IMG/VR virus record: IMGVR_UViG_2974703250_000001 | Span: 13,567-77,566 of that record | DNA length: 64,000 nucleotides | Strand: one strand, 5' to 3' | Origin: a virus | Taxonomy: Duplodnaviria; Caudoviricetes | Shown: positions 28,853 through 39,267 of the stretch, in pieces | Numbering within the stretch: position 1 is the first letter of the stretch | How the letters are laid out: every line of letters begins with the position of its first letter | The notes under the pieces: model-generated | Told to the model about the DNA's origin: nothing | Databases searched by the model: none | Seen by the model: only the letters and a program-made list of their open reading frames with translations | Position numbers and translations under genes: made by a program

Positions 28853-29785
28853 GTGTATCCGGATGGCTACACGGCAGGCGACCCTAACGGCGTATGGCGC
28901 GAAGGTAGGGGGCGCGATGGAAAGCAAAAGCGCTGGTGGTACACCAAAGACGGCAAAGGCTACAGCCGCGCGTCCGGTGCTGGCAAAGGGCTCGACACTA
29001 AAGACGGGCTCATTGACTGGGCGGCGTGTCAGGCAGCCGTTGGAATCCTCTTGGACGCCTCCGCGCGCTCAGAGGTCGCAACGCTTATCAATGAGTACGA
29101 CGCCGATCCTTGGTACAAAGGCGACGACGGCGGAACCCGCTCAGGCAAAGAGCGGCTTAAAGCTGCTGTTGAGAAAGCGCGTAACGTTGCCGGTCAGCAC
29201 ACTGCTGCTTCTGCTGGCACTGAGTTCCATAAGCTCGGCGAACTTCGCAATAAAGGCGAGAGCCCGCGCATCGTCCAGGACCACCTAAAGGAACCGCTGG
29301 CGCAGTATGACCGCGCCGTGGAACCTATCGAGTTCCTAGAGCAGGAAATGTTAGTGGTCAATGACCATCTGGAACTCTGCGGGTCGGTCGATTACCTAAT
29401 GGGCTTGCCGCCGGGCATTACCACGCCGGACGGCGAATACCACGAAGATTCTCTAGTCGTGGTGGGCGACCTTAAGACGGGTCGCTGGGACGCTAAGCGT
29501 CCAATGAGCGTGACCTGCCAGTTGACCGCTTACGGGACTGGCGTCCGCTACGACCAGGAGACGAATACACGTACTCCGCTGCATCCCCGCATTAACAACA
29601 AATGGGGCGTCATGGTCCATTTCCCGATTATGACTAAGAACCCTAAGGTCCGCTTCTATTGGGTGGATTTGACGCTGGGGTTGAAGGCTTCGCTTCTCGC
29701 TAAAGAGGTTGAGGCTATGCGGCGAGTTTTCAGTTCTAAGGATTCTGAGCTAAAGGAGTTGAACCTTGACCATTACCAGTGGTGA
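28853..29785 (+). CDS. PD-(D/E)XK exonuclease (Cas4-like/RecE-like)
   Basis: GTEFH, GSVD, GDLKTG and QL.AY motifs; upstream of the ERF gene. Confidence 0.85.
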   Translation: MYPDGYTAGDPNGVWREGRGRDGKQKRWWYTKDGKGYSRASGAGKGLDTKDGLIDWAACQAAVGILLDASARSEVATLINEYDADPWYKGDDGGTRSGKERLKAAVEKARNVAGQHTAASAGTEFHKLGELRNKGESPRIVQDHLKEPLAQYDRAVEPIEFLEQEMLVVNDHLELCGSVDYLMGLPPGITTPDGEYHEDSLVVVGDLKTGRWDAKRPMSVTCQLTAYGTGVRYDQETNTRTPLHPRINNKWGVMVHFPIMTKNPKVRFYWVDLTLGLKASLLAKEVEAMRRVFSSKDSELKELNLDHYQW

Positions 29786-30074
29786 TACGAGCTTGGCTGC
29801 ATGGCAGTCGTTGGATAAGGACTATCTGCGCGAGTCGCAGCGGGCGGTCCTTAAGGCGCTCGGGCGTCTCCGCAAGGGTGGCACCGATACGGATATCGCT
29901 CGGGTCTACAACCGGTCGAAGTGGGGCGCGGTGCTGCCGCAGTCACCTTCGGGTCTGCGTACGCGTCGGGCTGAGCTGGTGAAGCAAGGCTTTGTGGTCG
30001 ATTCCGGCGCGCGTAAGCGTCTGCCGTCTGGCCGCTTGTCGGTCGTGTGGACCAAGGCAAAGAGCGGGGCCTAG
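29766..30074 (+). CDS. Small winged-HTH-like protein
   Basis: GTDTDI...SPSGLRTRRAELV..G.V.DSG..K..PSGR..VVW pattern. Confidence 0.6.
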   Translation: MTITSGDTSLAAWQSLDKDYLRESQRAVLKALGRLRKGGTDTDIARVYNRSKWGAVLPQSPSGLRTRRAELVKQGFVVDSGARKRLPSGRLSVVWTKAKSGA

Positions 30075-30833
30075 TTGACGGCAACTAAGGCTGATCTAGA
30101 GGCGGCGTTGGCTGAGGCTGACGCCAAGATTGAGCATCTTGAGGAAGAACTCAAGAATGCTCCGCAGTGGGACAAGTCGGAGACGCCCACGGTTTACGAG
30201 GCGTGGAACCGCGTTATGCGCGATGTGCAGTTCATTAGTAAGAACTCGCGCAACGAACAGCAGAAGTTCAACTTCCGTGGCATTGACGCGGTGATGAACG
30301 CGGTTGGTCCGGTGCTGCGCCAGCACGGCGTAATCGTCGTGCCGACCGGGGCGGCTCACGAGGCAGAGCGGTACCTGTCAAAGAACGGCGGGCAGATGTG
30401 CAACCGCACCGCCGAGATGAGCTACCGCGTCTATGGCCCGGCTGGCGACTTCTTTGACGGGGTAGCGGTCGGTGAGGCCGCAGACTCCGGCGACAAGTCG
30501 ATGACTAAGGCCGAGTCCGTGGCGCTGCGTACGTTCCTGCTGCAATCCCTGATGCTGCCGACCGACGATCCAGACCCGGATGCCAGCTCACATGAGCGCG
30601 CGGTTCCGGTCCGTACTCAGGCTCAGCAGATGCCAGCCGCTCCGGACGATAACCCGGAGTCCCGCGAGGCGCGGGGAAAGCTCCGCTCTATGGCGGATGA
30701 AAAGGGCTGGAACCTGGGCGCTATTGCCGACAAGTTCTCTAAGGACAACAAGGGTAAGGCGCTTAAGGATGCCACGGCTGCCGAAGTCGAGGCTTATACG
30801 AACCTTCTAGCGACAGGGGCGGTTACCGTCTGA
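30075..30833 (+). CDS. erf: ERF-family ssDNA annealing protein
   Basis: FNFRGIDAVMNAVGPVLRQHG and DKSMTKAES.ALRTFL...L.LPT.DPDPD motifs. Confidence 0.85.
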   Translation: MTATKADLEAALAEADAKIEHLEEELKNAPQWDKSETPTVYEAWNRVMRDVQFISKNSRNEQQKFNFRGIDAVMNAVGPVLRQHGVIVVPTGAAHEAERYLSKNGGQMCNRTAEMSYRVYGPAGDFFDGVAVGEAADSGDKSMTKAESVALRTFLLQSLMLPTDDPDPDASSHERAVPVRTQAQQMPAAPDDNPESREARGKLRSMADEKGWNLGAIADKFSKDNKGKALKDATAAEVEAYTNLLATGAVTV

Positions 30834-31256
30834 TGTTCAACAACACGATTGCGGGTATCCCCGTGGAGCTGGTCGACGCTCCACGGGGCATTATGGTTCC
30901 GTGCGAATTGTGCTTCGTTAAAGAAGCTGAGTTCGCGGTCGGCTCGCACGATCACAAGCTGGTCTGCGAAGGCTGCCTTGATTACGGGGATAGCCGCCGG
31001 TTCTGGAACCTGGAACCGAGGCAGGCGCTTTGATCGAGTTCTTTACCGTCGTTGACACGACGCCTGGTGATCAGTCCGCGCGGGGCCGGTTAGCCCGGCA
31101 GTGGAAGCCTTCACGCGTCCATTCCTTGGCAGATGTCGGCCAAGCGCGCGCCCGTCGCACTCGCCTAACGAATGAGAACAAGGGGCGGCGCTACGACATT
31201 CTGCACACTGTGGTGCATGAGGGCGGCATTCCGCAGACGACATGGCTGGGTGACGA

Positions 31257-31529
31257 GTGAGCGATGTCAAATCTCAAGTGTTCGATGCGGACACATTCAT
31301 TAGCATTTTCCAGCCCGGAGACAGCGATAACGGCTGGCCTAACGAGCTGCAATACCTCTGGACTTCGGACCAGGCTCGTACCTTGGCGTTGCTCGACGAG
31401 GTTGTCTCGGCGGGCGGTATCAATAAGCCGGTTTGGGTCGGCCCGGATAAGCGGGTTTGGGATGGGCATCACCGCGTAGCCATCGCACTGGCGTTGCGGA
31501 TTCCTTTGCCTGTCGAGTTTCGCAAGTAA
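31257..31529 (+). CDS. ParB/Srx-like domain protein
   Basis: GGINKPVWV...VWDGHHRV.IA..L motif. Confidence 0.7.
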   Translation: MSDVKSQVFDADTFISIFQPGDSDNGWPNELQYLWTSDQARTLALLDEVVSAGGINKPVWVGPDKRVWDGHHRVAIALALRIPLPVEFRK

Positions 31530-31539
31530 AGGGGGAACT

Positions 31540-31899
31540 TTGAGTGAATACAATCCGGTCTCCATAGAGCAGGATATCTTAGCGACTGTTAACGAAATCT
31601 CGCAGGGTGTTATCACTGCGCGAGATGCCCACGAGAAGCAGTTAGAGTCCGAACGCGAGTACAAGCGCGCTTATGCGCGTGCGTTCATGGCCCATAAGGG
31701 TCCGCAGACTGAGAAGAAAGTCGCCGCGAACATTGTCCCAGAGGTCATGGAAGCCGAGGACATGCGGGACGCGTGGGACGTGGCTTACACGTACGCGAAG
31801 GAAAACAACAAGGCGCTTAGCTCAAAGCTAGACGCTATTCGTTCGGTGGGCGCTTCGGTGCGCCAGGCATACGCGAACGCGGGTAGGGGTGAGTGGTGA
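31540..31899 (+). CDS. Hypothetical helical protein
   Basis: GGGGGAA RBS; common actinophage pattern. Confidence 0.55.
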   Translation: MSEYNPVSIEQDILATVNEISQGVITARDAHEKQLESEREYKRAYARAFMAHKGPQTEKKVAANIVPEVMEAEDMRDAWDVAYTYAKENNKALSSKLDAIRSVGASVRQAYANAGRGEW

Positions 31900-31962
31900 T
31901 GGACGACGCTCAAGTGTGGGCCGTGGTGTGGGTCGTCGTGTTCATCCTGTTCGCCCTGGCCC

Positions 31963-32343
31963 TTGTCTGAGGCGAAATGCCGCCGTCTGATCAAGCCGCG
32001 CTCTGAGGGCTTCTGTGAAAGGTGTACCCGCTGGGGCGGGCTAACACTCCATCACCGACAGAAACGCTCTCAGGGCGGCTTGTGGACGGCTGAAAACTGC
32101 GTCCTGGTGTGCGGCCACGGTACGACCGGCTGCCACGGGTGGATTGAGCATCACCCCGACGCGGCAGAGGTCCAGGGCTGGCATATCCGGCCTTGGCTAA
32201 ACCCGGCTGACGTTCCGCTGCTTTGGCGCGGCTCGGACTGGGTTCTGTTAACGAGTGACGGAGGAATGAAGCATGTCGAGAAACCTCAAGGCGCTCCTAG
32301 TAGCTGGCGGGATAGTGTTGGCGCTGACCGCCTGCCAACCTAG
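31963..32343 (+). CDS. HNH endonuclease
   Basis: CERC...HHRQKRSQGG...NCVLVCG..TTGCHGWIEHH. Confidence 0.8.
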   Translation: MSEAKCRRLIKPRSEGFCERCTRWGGLTLHHRQKRSQGGLWTAENCVLVCGHGTTGCHGWIEHHPDAAEVQGWHIRPWLNPADVPLLWRGSDWVLLTSDGGMKHVEKPQGAPSSWRDSVGADRLPT

Positions 32344-32499
32344 CGCGGCTAACGGGGTTAGCACTGACCCTGGCACGGACGATTCGGGCGGCTCCGGCTT
32401 CGTGATCACCCCGAAGGGTGGGGTGGGTATTGACCTTGGCGGCGGTATCCACATTGACCCGTCGACCGGTGGCATCGGCTTCGGGGGCCTCCCGCTGGG

Positions 32500-33180
32500 A
32501 TGAACGACTTTGGGAAAATCCATCGCAAGTTCCACGAGCACCGGAAAGTCAAGCAGTGCAGTAACGGCGCTATCGGACTATGGGCCAAAGCTAACGCTTG
32601 GTGCCGCGATACTCGCTCAGCCGGATATATCCCGCGAGATATCGCGGAGACTTTCGGAACTCAGGGCGAAATCGGAGAGCTTATCGCGGCCCGGCTCTGG
32701 CTCAAAGATATGTCGGGTAGTGCGTGTGTGGGATTCCGGTTTAACGACTATCAGCACTGGAACGATGACGTTGAACCTGACACCGAGGCGGGGAACCTTG
32801 TTCGGAAGGTGGTTCCGGAAGCGCATCCTGCGGCGATCCGTAAGCAACTCGCTGCACAGTCTGCAAAGCTCCTGGCAGAGGGAATCGACTCCGAGATTGT
32901 TGAGCGAGCGCTTAATTTGTGGCTATCCAAAAGCTTGCCCGTCTCATTCCTTCCGAACCTTACTTCGGAGGCAATGAAAGAGGCGCAGCGCGCGGCCACG
33001 CTTAGGAACACTATTGGTGAGTGCCTTAAGTCGGGTCAGGTGTCACCGCTTAAGGCATATGGGTTCATCTTCACGCCTCCTAATCCGCCTGATGGGCTGA
33101 ACGTCGAGCAGCGGCGGCAGTTCATGGACTTAGAGAAGCGGAAGTGGCTCAGGGAACTTTGGGGAAGGGTTGCCGCGTGA
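32500..33180 (+). CDS. Putative replication initiator/helicase loader
   Basis: N-terminal K.H.KF.EH.KV....AIGLW.KA..WC pattern; upstream of DnaB. Confidence 0.55.
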   Translation: MNDFGKIHRKFHEHRKVKQCSNGAIGLWAKANAWCRDTRSAGYIPRDIAETFGTQGEIGELIAARLWLKDMSGSACVGFRFNDYQHWNDDVEPDTEAGNLVRKVVPEAHPAAIRKQLAAQSAKLLAEGIDSEIVERALNLWLSKSLPVSFLPNLTSEAMKEAQRAATLRNTIGECLKSGQVSPLKAYGFIFTPPNPPDGLNVEQRRQFMDLEKRKWLRELWGRVAA

Positions 33181-33463
33181 CCAGTGGCATTGCTTATCCA
33201 CGCCGTGATGACGCGGTGCGGTACGAGAAGTTCGATGGGACTCTTGAGTCGGCGCAAAGGATTGCGAATCTCACTGGATTAGTCCTGCATATCAAGGTTG
33301 CTCCTAATCGGAGCTTTCTACCCGGCGATGTGTTGAGCCTGGCCGAAATCAACGTAAATGCCGACCGGCTGAGGTTGGGTGATTACGTCGTTAAGAGTCG
33401 GACCGGGCAAGGCGTGATTGTTCCTGCGGATGACTTTCACGACAAGTACAGCAAGGACGGTAA

Positions 33464-34765
33464 TTGACAGGGGTTGACGAGCACTGGCCTGACGAGGAAT
33501 CGTACGGCGCACAGCCGCCAAGCGACCTGGGCGCGGAGCAGTGCGTTATTGGATCGGCCCTTCTGTCAAAGAAGGCCCTTAACACGCTAACGACGCTAAT
33601 CACGCCAGCCGACTTTTACCGGCCAATCCACGGCGACATTTTCTCAGCCGCTACAGCCCTAGCGTCAGCCGGTGAGCCGGTCGACGCGATGACGGTTGCC
33701 CGCGAGCTTGAGACGCGCGGCCAGCTCAAAAAGATCGGCGGGGCACCGTACCTGCTGACCTGTATGGAGAACACGCCGACCGCTACTAACGCTGAGGCGT
33801 ACGCGCGGATGGTCCTCGACAAGGCGAAGCTCCGGCGGCTCGACGAGCTGGGCACCCGCCTTAAAGCCCTGGCGTATTCCGAGGCCACGACGAGTGACGA
33901 CGTTAACGCCCTGATGGGCCAGGGTGAGAAGTTCTTCCGGTCTCAGCATGAGCCTGACGACACAGCGGTGTCGTTCGACGGCATGGTTGCCTCGTGGGAG
34001 GAATGGCAGGCCACCGACGTTGGTTCGATTCAGACGCCTTGGGAGGCTCTGAACGCACGTCTGAACGGCGGGCTACAGCGCGGGCGGCTCTACACCATAG
34101 CGGCCAGGCCGGGTGTCGGTAAGAGTGTCGCAGCATTGCAAATGGCGGCGTTTGCGGCCCACTGGGGTTTCCCGGCGGCGTATTTCACCTTGGAGATGTC
34201 CAAGGATGAGGTTACGTCGCGGCTTATCTCTGCCGGGTCGAACACTGACTTTAGCAAGATCATGCAAAAGCGGCTGGACCTACAAGACCGCGAGAAGATC
34301 GACCGGTACCTAAAGGACAGTCGCAATCAGCCTTTGCAGACTGTCGACCGGTCAAGGGTCACGGTTGAGCAGATCGTGGCGCACTGCCGGTCACTCGGAA
34401 AGCTCGACGTGCTCGTGGTCGATTACTTGCAGCTCATGTCAGCGAGCGACACTAAGGCGTCTCGTGAGCAGCAGGTAGCTCACATGTCGCGTTCGTTGAA
34501 GATTGCCGCTAAGGAACTGGACGTAGCGGTTATCGCGTGTTCGCAGTTGAACCGTGGCCCCGTTAAGGACGGTAAGCCGCGCGCTCCGACGATTGGCGAT
34601 CTGCGCGAGTCGGGAGCGATTGAACAGGATAGCGATGTGGTCCTGTTGCTGCATACCGACGAGGACGATCCAGGGATTATCCAGATGATTATCGGTAAGA
34701 ACCGAAATGGCCGGATGGGGGACTTGATGTTCAACTTTGAGGGCCACTATCAGCGGATCACATGA
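33464..34765 (+). CDS. dnaB: DnaB-like replicative helicase
   Basis: AARPGVGKS Walker A, LEMS, VVDYLQL, SQLNR, LRESG.IEQDSD, KNRNG. Confidence 0.95.
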   Translation: MTGVDEHWPDEESYGAQPPSDLGAEQCVIGSALLSKKALNTLTTLITPADFYRPIHGDIFSAATALASAGEPVDAMTVARELETRGQLKKIGGAPYLLTCMENTPTATNAEAYARMVLDKAKLRRLDELGTRLKALAYSEATTSDDVNALMGQGEKFFRSQHEPDDTAVSFDGMVASWEEWQATDVGSIQTPWEALNARLNGGLQRGRLYTIAARPGVGKSVAALQMAAFAAHWGFPAAYFTLEMSKDEVTSRLISAGSNTDFSKIMQKRLDLQDREKIDRYLKDSRNQPLQTVDRSRVTVEQIVAHCRSLGKLDVLVVDYLQLMSASDTKASREQQVAHMSRSLKIAAKELDVAVIACSQLNRGPVKDGKPRAPTIGDLRESGAIEQDSDVVLLLHTDEDDPGIIQMIIGKNRNGRMGDLMFNFEGHYQRIT

Positions 34766-35016
34766 GCGCTGAGATTAAGGCGCTTATGTCGCCTAAGCCC
34801 TTGCATTGGACCGAAGAGGCGGTGTGTCACGACGACCGGCGCTTTACCGGTCGCTACTCCGATCTAAGCACGGCTGACATTTCCCAGATGATTAGCAAGT
34901 GCTCTCGCTGCCCGGTTTACGAGCAGTGCGGAGACTGGGCCGTCCGTGAGCAAGTAATTGAAGTATTCGCAGCAGGCTATTGGAGGTCTGATGGACGCGT
35001 TACTGAACCGGATTAA
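34762..35016 (+). CDS. whiB: Divergent WhiB-family protein
   Basis: W...AVC...C..CPV..QC..WA with variant GVWGG (AAGYW). Confidence 0.65.
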   Translation: MSAEIKALMSPKPLHWTEEAVCHDDRRFTGRYSDLSTADISQMISKCSRCPVYEQCGDWAVREQVIEVFAAGYWRSDGRVTEPD

Positions 35017-35239
35017 TCGGCACGGTTGTGCTGGCTGCGGCCAGTCCGTGTATTTCACCCGTCACGGCGCTTGCGAGCGATGCGAGGGCGGCTACGACGA
35101 CGAGGAATACCCCCGTGACTGAACCAGACGAGGACTACGAGAACCCGGTAGGGGAAGTGCTGGACGACGAGACCGTGGACGAACTTGCTAAGTCGCACCT
35201 GGTCTACAGCATTTCCAAGTTCTTAGGGGTGGGGAACAA

Positions 35240-36100
35240 ATGGCCGTTCATCTGAGGGCTTACAACGAGGAACTGGGCACCGTCCGTGATGTGGCGGTGC
35301 CCTTTCAGTTTCCGGGTGGCGAATGGGACTTGAAGCAGGTCCATGAGTTCGACCAACGGGTGACATGGGTTGCGGACGTTCGCGGTGCTGACCTTAACGA
35401 CCTAATGGCGGCAGCTCTGCTGTCTAACGTCGCTGTGCAGCGTGGCGAGGACTTCGTTCTGATGATTCCGTACTTGCCAGCGGCCCGTGCGGACCGGGGC
35501 CACCCGACCGGGTGTGTCCCGTACGGCAACTTCATCTCGTCAATGGGCGCGTCGGGGATCATTACCGTTGATCCACACTCGCGCCGCATGCCGGACTACC
35601 TGGGATTCCAGGCTTCTACCGTCACGGCGCTGGACCCACTGCCGCTGCTGGACAGGGCTTTGGAGAGCCAGGGCCACTGGCGGTACGACGCAATCATTGC
35701 GCCAGATAAGGGCGCTGTGGATCGCGCTGGGGTCATCGCTAAGCATTACGGGCTAGACCTGGTTGTTTGCGACAAGGAACGCGATTTCGACACGGGCAGG
35801 ATCACCAAGTACAAGGTGCCGATCCTGCCTCGTAGCGGTAAGTACCTGGTGGTCGATGACATCTGCGACGGAGGCGGGACTTTCGCGCTGCTGGCTAGTG
35901 AGGCGCTTATCTCTAAGCCCAACCTAGACCTTTGGGTTACGCACGGCATTTTCTCCGGTAAAGCAACCATGCTGCCGAGTTACTACGGGCGCATTATGAC
36001 GAGTGATTCACACCCCGGCCATAACCGGGTCGGTGTCGCTACGTCGATTGTTCCCACTTTCACCTATATGCACGAAACGATGGTTAAGGGGCTTAAGTGA
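35240..36100 (+). CDS. PRPP-synthetase-like protein; candidate ADPR-PP synthetase (Adps) of NARP1
   Basis: [55 protein letters not shown]. Confidence 0.88.
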   Translation: MAVHLRAYNEELGTVRDVAVPFQFPGGEWDLKQVHEFDQRVTWVADVRGADLNDLMAAALLSNVAVQRGEDFVLMIPYLPAARADRGHPTGCVPYGNFISSMGASGIITVDPHSRRMPDYLGFQASTVTALDPLPLLDRALESQGHWRYDAIIAPDKGAVDRAGVIAKHYGLDLVVCDKERDFDTGRITKYKVPILPRSGKYLVVDDICDGGGTFALLASEALISKPNLDLWVTHGIFSGKATMLPSYYGRIMTSDSHPGHNRVGVATSIVPTFTYMHETMVKGLK

Positions 36101-36513
36101 GCACGAACTATTCGCCTATCCAGTGGCCGGTGGCCGAGACGCTGCTAGAGCGGCAGGCGATCTTCATTTATGAGGGTGCCCGGTTGCAGGCGGCAGCCGT
36201 TAACGCGCCGATCATTCCTGAGCCGTGGGACAAGCGCGATGAAGCTTTCAAGACGCAGTTCCTTGGTATCACGCAGAAGATGATGGGTCCGGACCGCTTC
36301 ACTGATCCGGAAGCCGCCCACGATTCGTGGTGGCGCGCATACGAAGCCTTGGGGTGGAGCTATGGCCCCGTTCGGGATACGGAAGCTAAGACGCACCCGG
36401 ACATGGTTCCTTTCGCTGACCTGGGCTGGGAGGAACGCATGAAAGACGCGGTGTGGATAGCGCTGTGTGAAATCGCCCGGCAGTGGATCGTGGAGGAAAA
36501 TCCTTATGAGTAA
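36097..36513 (+). CDS. Stand-alone RyR-domain protein
   Basis: AHDSW...[23 protein letters not shown]...ERMKD matches the RyR repeat consensus (H..W....GW.YG..RD...K.HP.L.P...L...K..D). Confidence 0.82.
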   Translation: MSTNYSPIQWPVAETLLERQAIFIYEGARLQAAAVNAPIIPEPWDKRDEAFKTQFLGITQKMMGPDRFTDPEAAHDSWWRAYEALGWSYGPVRDTEAKTHPDMVPFADLGWEERMKDAVWIALCEIARQWIVEENPYE

Positions 36514-37990
36514 GTTTGCACCCGTTGCGGCGCTCTTTCAGACAGACGCGTACAAGCTGGGCCATATCGACCAGTACGCGCTTAGCGGGGAAGTGACCCG
36601 CGTCTATTCCAACTGGACTAACCGGAAGTCGCGCCTGCCCGGCGTGGATAAGGTGGTCCACTTCGGATTGCAGGCGTATATCCAGGCCCACTTGGTGGAC
36701 GCGTTCGAGCCGTTCTTTAAGACGCTCGACGAGGACCAGGTAGCGGAGCTTTACGAGGAACGGGTAGCGCAGATTCTCGGGCCGGACGCGGCTAAGAGTA
36801 TCGGCAGCGACCACATTCGGAAGCTGCACCGTCTGGGGTATCTGCCGCTGCGGTTTAACGCGGTGCCGGAGGGTACGGCGGTGCCTATCGGGGTGCCGTC
36901 GTTCACGGTGGAGAACACGCACCCGGACTTCTACTGGCTGACGAACTACGTGGAGACCGGCCTGAGTGCCGGGGTGTGGCAGGCCAGCACGTCCGCGACC
37001 ATTGCCCGCGAGTACCGCAAGGTGCTTGACGCGGCTGCCAAGCGGACTGGCGCTGATCCGGCGGGCGTCGACTGGCAGTGCCACGACTTCTCTTACCGGG
37101 GCATGTCGTCGCACGAGTCGGCGGCGTCGTCGGGGGCCGCGCACCTGTTGAGCTTCACGGGTACGGATTCGCTGGTGGCGCTCGACTGGATTGACCGCTA
37201 CTACGGCGGCGAGTTCGTCGCGGGCTCGGTCCCGGCTACGGAGCACTCGGTGATGTGTACCGGCATTGAGACGGTCGGGGAGCTTGAGACGTTCAAGCGG
37301 CTGCTGGACCTGTACCCGACCGGCATCGTTAGCGTCGTCAGCGACACGTTCGACCTTTGGGCCGTGCTGACTCGGTATTTGCCGACGCTCTACGGCCAGA
37401 TCGTGGGCCGGGACGGCAAGCTGGTTATCCGGCCCGACTCGGGCGATCCGGAGAAGATCATTTGCGGTGATCCCAACGCGCCCAAGGGTTCTAACGAGTG
37501 GTGGGGCGCTCTTAACCTGCTTTACGACACGTTCGGCGGGGTTAAGAACGACGCGGGCTACATCGAACTGGACTCGCATGTCGGCCTGATCTATGGCGAC
37601 TCGATCACGTTGGATCGCGCTAAGAGCATCACTGATCGCATGGAGAAGCTGGGCTTCGCGTCGTCAAACGTGGTGTTCGGCGTCGGGTCGTTCACGTATC
37701 AGCACAACACGCGTGACACGTTCGGGTCCGCGATGAAGGCGACGTGGGCCGAGGTCGACGGCAGGGGCTACAACCTGCTCAAGAACCCGGTGACCGACGA
37801 CGGCACCAAGAAGTCCGCGACCGGGCGTCTGGCAGTGCTGCGCGACCTGCAAGGGGAGCTGGTGCTTGTCCAGAACGCAGACCAGTACGACGAGTTCGCA
37901 TCGGAACTGCGTCCGGTTTGGGAGAACGGAAAGTTCGTCCTGAGGCAGTCATTCGCCGGGGTCAGGGGCACTTTAGCCCAGCAGAGCTAG
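36506..37990 (+). CDS. NAMPT-like protein; candidate nicotinamide ADPR-transferase (Namat) of NARP1
   Basis: [68 protein letters not shown]. Confidence 0.9.
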   Translation: MSKFAPVAALFQTDAYKLGHIDQYALSGEVTRVYSNWTNRKSRLPGVDKVVHFGLQAYIQAHLVDAFEPFFKTLDEDQVAELYEERVAQILGPDAAKSIGSDHIRKLHRLGYLPLRFNAVPEGTAVPIGVPSFTVENTHPDFYWLTNYVETGLSAGVWQASTSATIAREYRKVLDAAAKRTGADPAGVDWQCHDFSYRGMSSHESAASSGAAHLLSFTGTDSLVALDWIDRYYGGEFVAGSVPATEHSVMCTGIETVGELETFKRLLDLYPTGIVSVVSDTFDLWAVLTRYLPTLYGQIVGRDGKLVIRPDSGDPEKIICGDPNAPKGSNEWWGALNLLYDTFGGVKNDAGYIELDSHVGLIYGDSITLDRAKSITDRMEKLGFASSNVVFGVGSFTYQHNTRDTFGSAMKATWAEVDGRGYNLLKNPVTDDGTKKSATGRLAVLRDLQGELVLVQNADQYDEFASELRPVWENGKFVLRQSFAGVRGTLAQQS

Positions 37991-38090
37991 ACGGTTAAGT
38001 CCGGGTTTCCGGACGTTTTCGTGGGCATTGGGTACATGCGACGTACTGTTGTGTGTACCCAACAGCCCGACGAAAGAAAGGGGGTTGAAA

Positions 38091-39029
38091 ATGACTCTGA
38101 CTCTTACCGCAATGCGCGGTTATCCCGGCTCGGGGAAGTCGACTACGGCGCGCACTGTTGCTAATAACACGGGCGCGGTGGTGGTTTGTCGTGACGAGCT
38201 GCGGAACATGCTGCACGGCGTGTACTTCAACGATGGTTCTAACCATCCTAAGTCGCCTAAGGACTTTGAGGATGAGGTAACCATTGCGGAGCGTGCGCAG
38301 GTCGCAGCCTTTCTCAAGGCTGGCGTTTCGGTAGTTGTCGACGCTACGCATTTGGAGCCGTCTTACTTGCGTAAGTGGGCGAAGATGGCCTCAATGTACG
38401 GCGCTGACTTCGTGCGGGTCGATCACATCACGCCGGTTGACGAGTGTCGTAAGCGGGACCACGCCCGGATGCTCGCTGGTGGCCGGTACGTGGGTGACAA
38501 GGTTATCGAGAAGATGGCTAAGCGTCACCCGGTGAAGAACTGGCCGGATATTCAAGCGCCACCGACGTTCACGCCGGAGCCGGTTGAGTGGGAGCCGGGC
38601 CTGCCTACGGCAATCATTGTCGATATCGACGGCACGGTGGCGCACATGACGGGGCGTTCACCTTACGACTACAGCCAGGTCCATACCGACGTGGTTGATG
38701 AGCAGATTCGATGGCTGGTCAACACGGTTGAGTCCGAAGGCGTGTTCGTCCTGTTCGTGTCGGGCCGGGATGACGAGTGCCGGGAGGCTACTGAGAAGTG
38801 GCTTGCGGAAAACGGCATCGTCTACGACGAGCTGTACATGCGGCCTACCGGCGCTAAGGACAACCACGGGAACAAGCTGCCCGACTACCTGGTGAAGTCC
38901 GACCTGTTCGATAAGCATATTCGCGGCAAGTACAACGTGCGGTTTGTGCTCGACGACCGGGACCAGGTTGTGAACCTGTGGCGTGCGCTGGGCCTTAAGT
39001 GCCTGCAAGTTCAGCCGGGCGACTTCTGA
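38091..39029 (+). CDS. pnk: Polynucleotide 5'-kinase/3'-phosphatase (T4 PseT-like)
   Basis: GYPGSGKS P-loop, RDELR, VVVDAT; HAD motif DIDGT, SGRD, LDDR. Confidence 0.92.
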   Translation: MTLTLTAMRGYPGSGKSTTARTVANNTGAVVVCRDELRNMLHGVYFNDGSNHPKSPKDFEDEVTIAERAQVAAFLKAGVSVVVDATHLEPSYLRKWAKMASMYGADFVRVDHITPVDECRKRDHARMLAGGRYVGDKVIEKMAKRHPVKNWPDIQAPPTFTPEPVEWEPGLPTAIIVDIDGTVAHMTGRSPYDYSQVHTDVVDEQIRWLVNTVESEGVFVLFVSGRDDECREATEKWLAENGIVYDELYMRPTGAKDNHGNKLPDYLVKSDLFDKHIRGKYNVRFVLDDRDQVVNLWRALGLKCLQVQPGDF

Positions 39030-39267
39030 TGGGCGTCACGATCACGACCAGCAAGGGTGGCGTGGCTATCTCGGATAGGCGGGTGCAGATTAGCTTGCCG
39101 GATACCGACGTGGTGTTTAAGTACGACGCGGACACGCACACAATCGTGCTTGAGGGCGCAGACGTTGCCCTGTCGCGCGAGGACAACACGGTTTATCTCC
39201 GGCAACGTGATGGGTTGAGGACAGAGCTTGTCCTCTTGCATCCGGATTGGCCCGGCTTTAAGGGTTA

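Noticed and set aside
28853-29785. Cas4-like nuclease as part of a CRISPR system
   Set aside because: No cas1/cas2 or array; it is paired with ERF as a recombination exonuclease.
36386-37579. 397-aa minus-strand ORF
   Set aside because: Antisense shadow of the NAMPT-like gene in high-GC DNA; no motifs.
35240-37990. NARP2 or ordinary NAD salvage (NadV plus NadR/NadM)
   Set aside because: No NMN adenylyltransferase motif found in the window; the partner is PRS-like.
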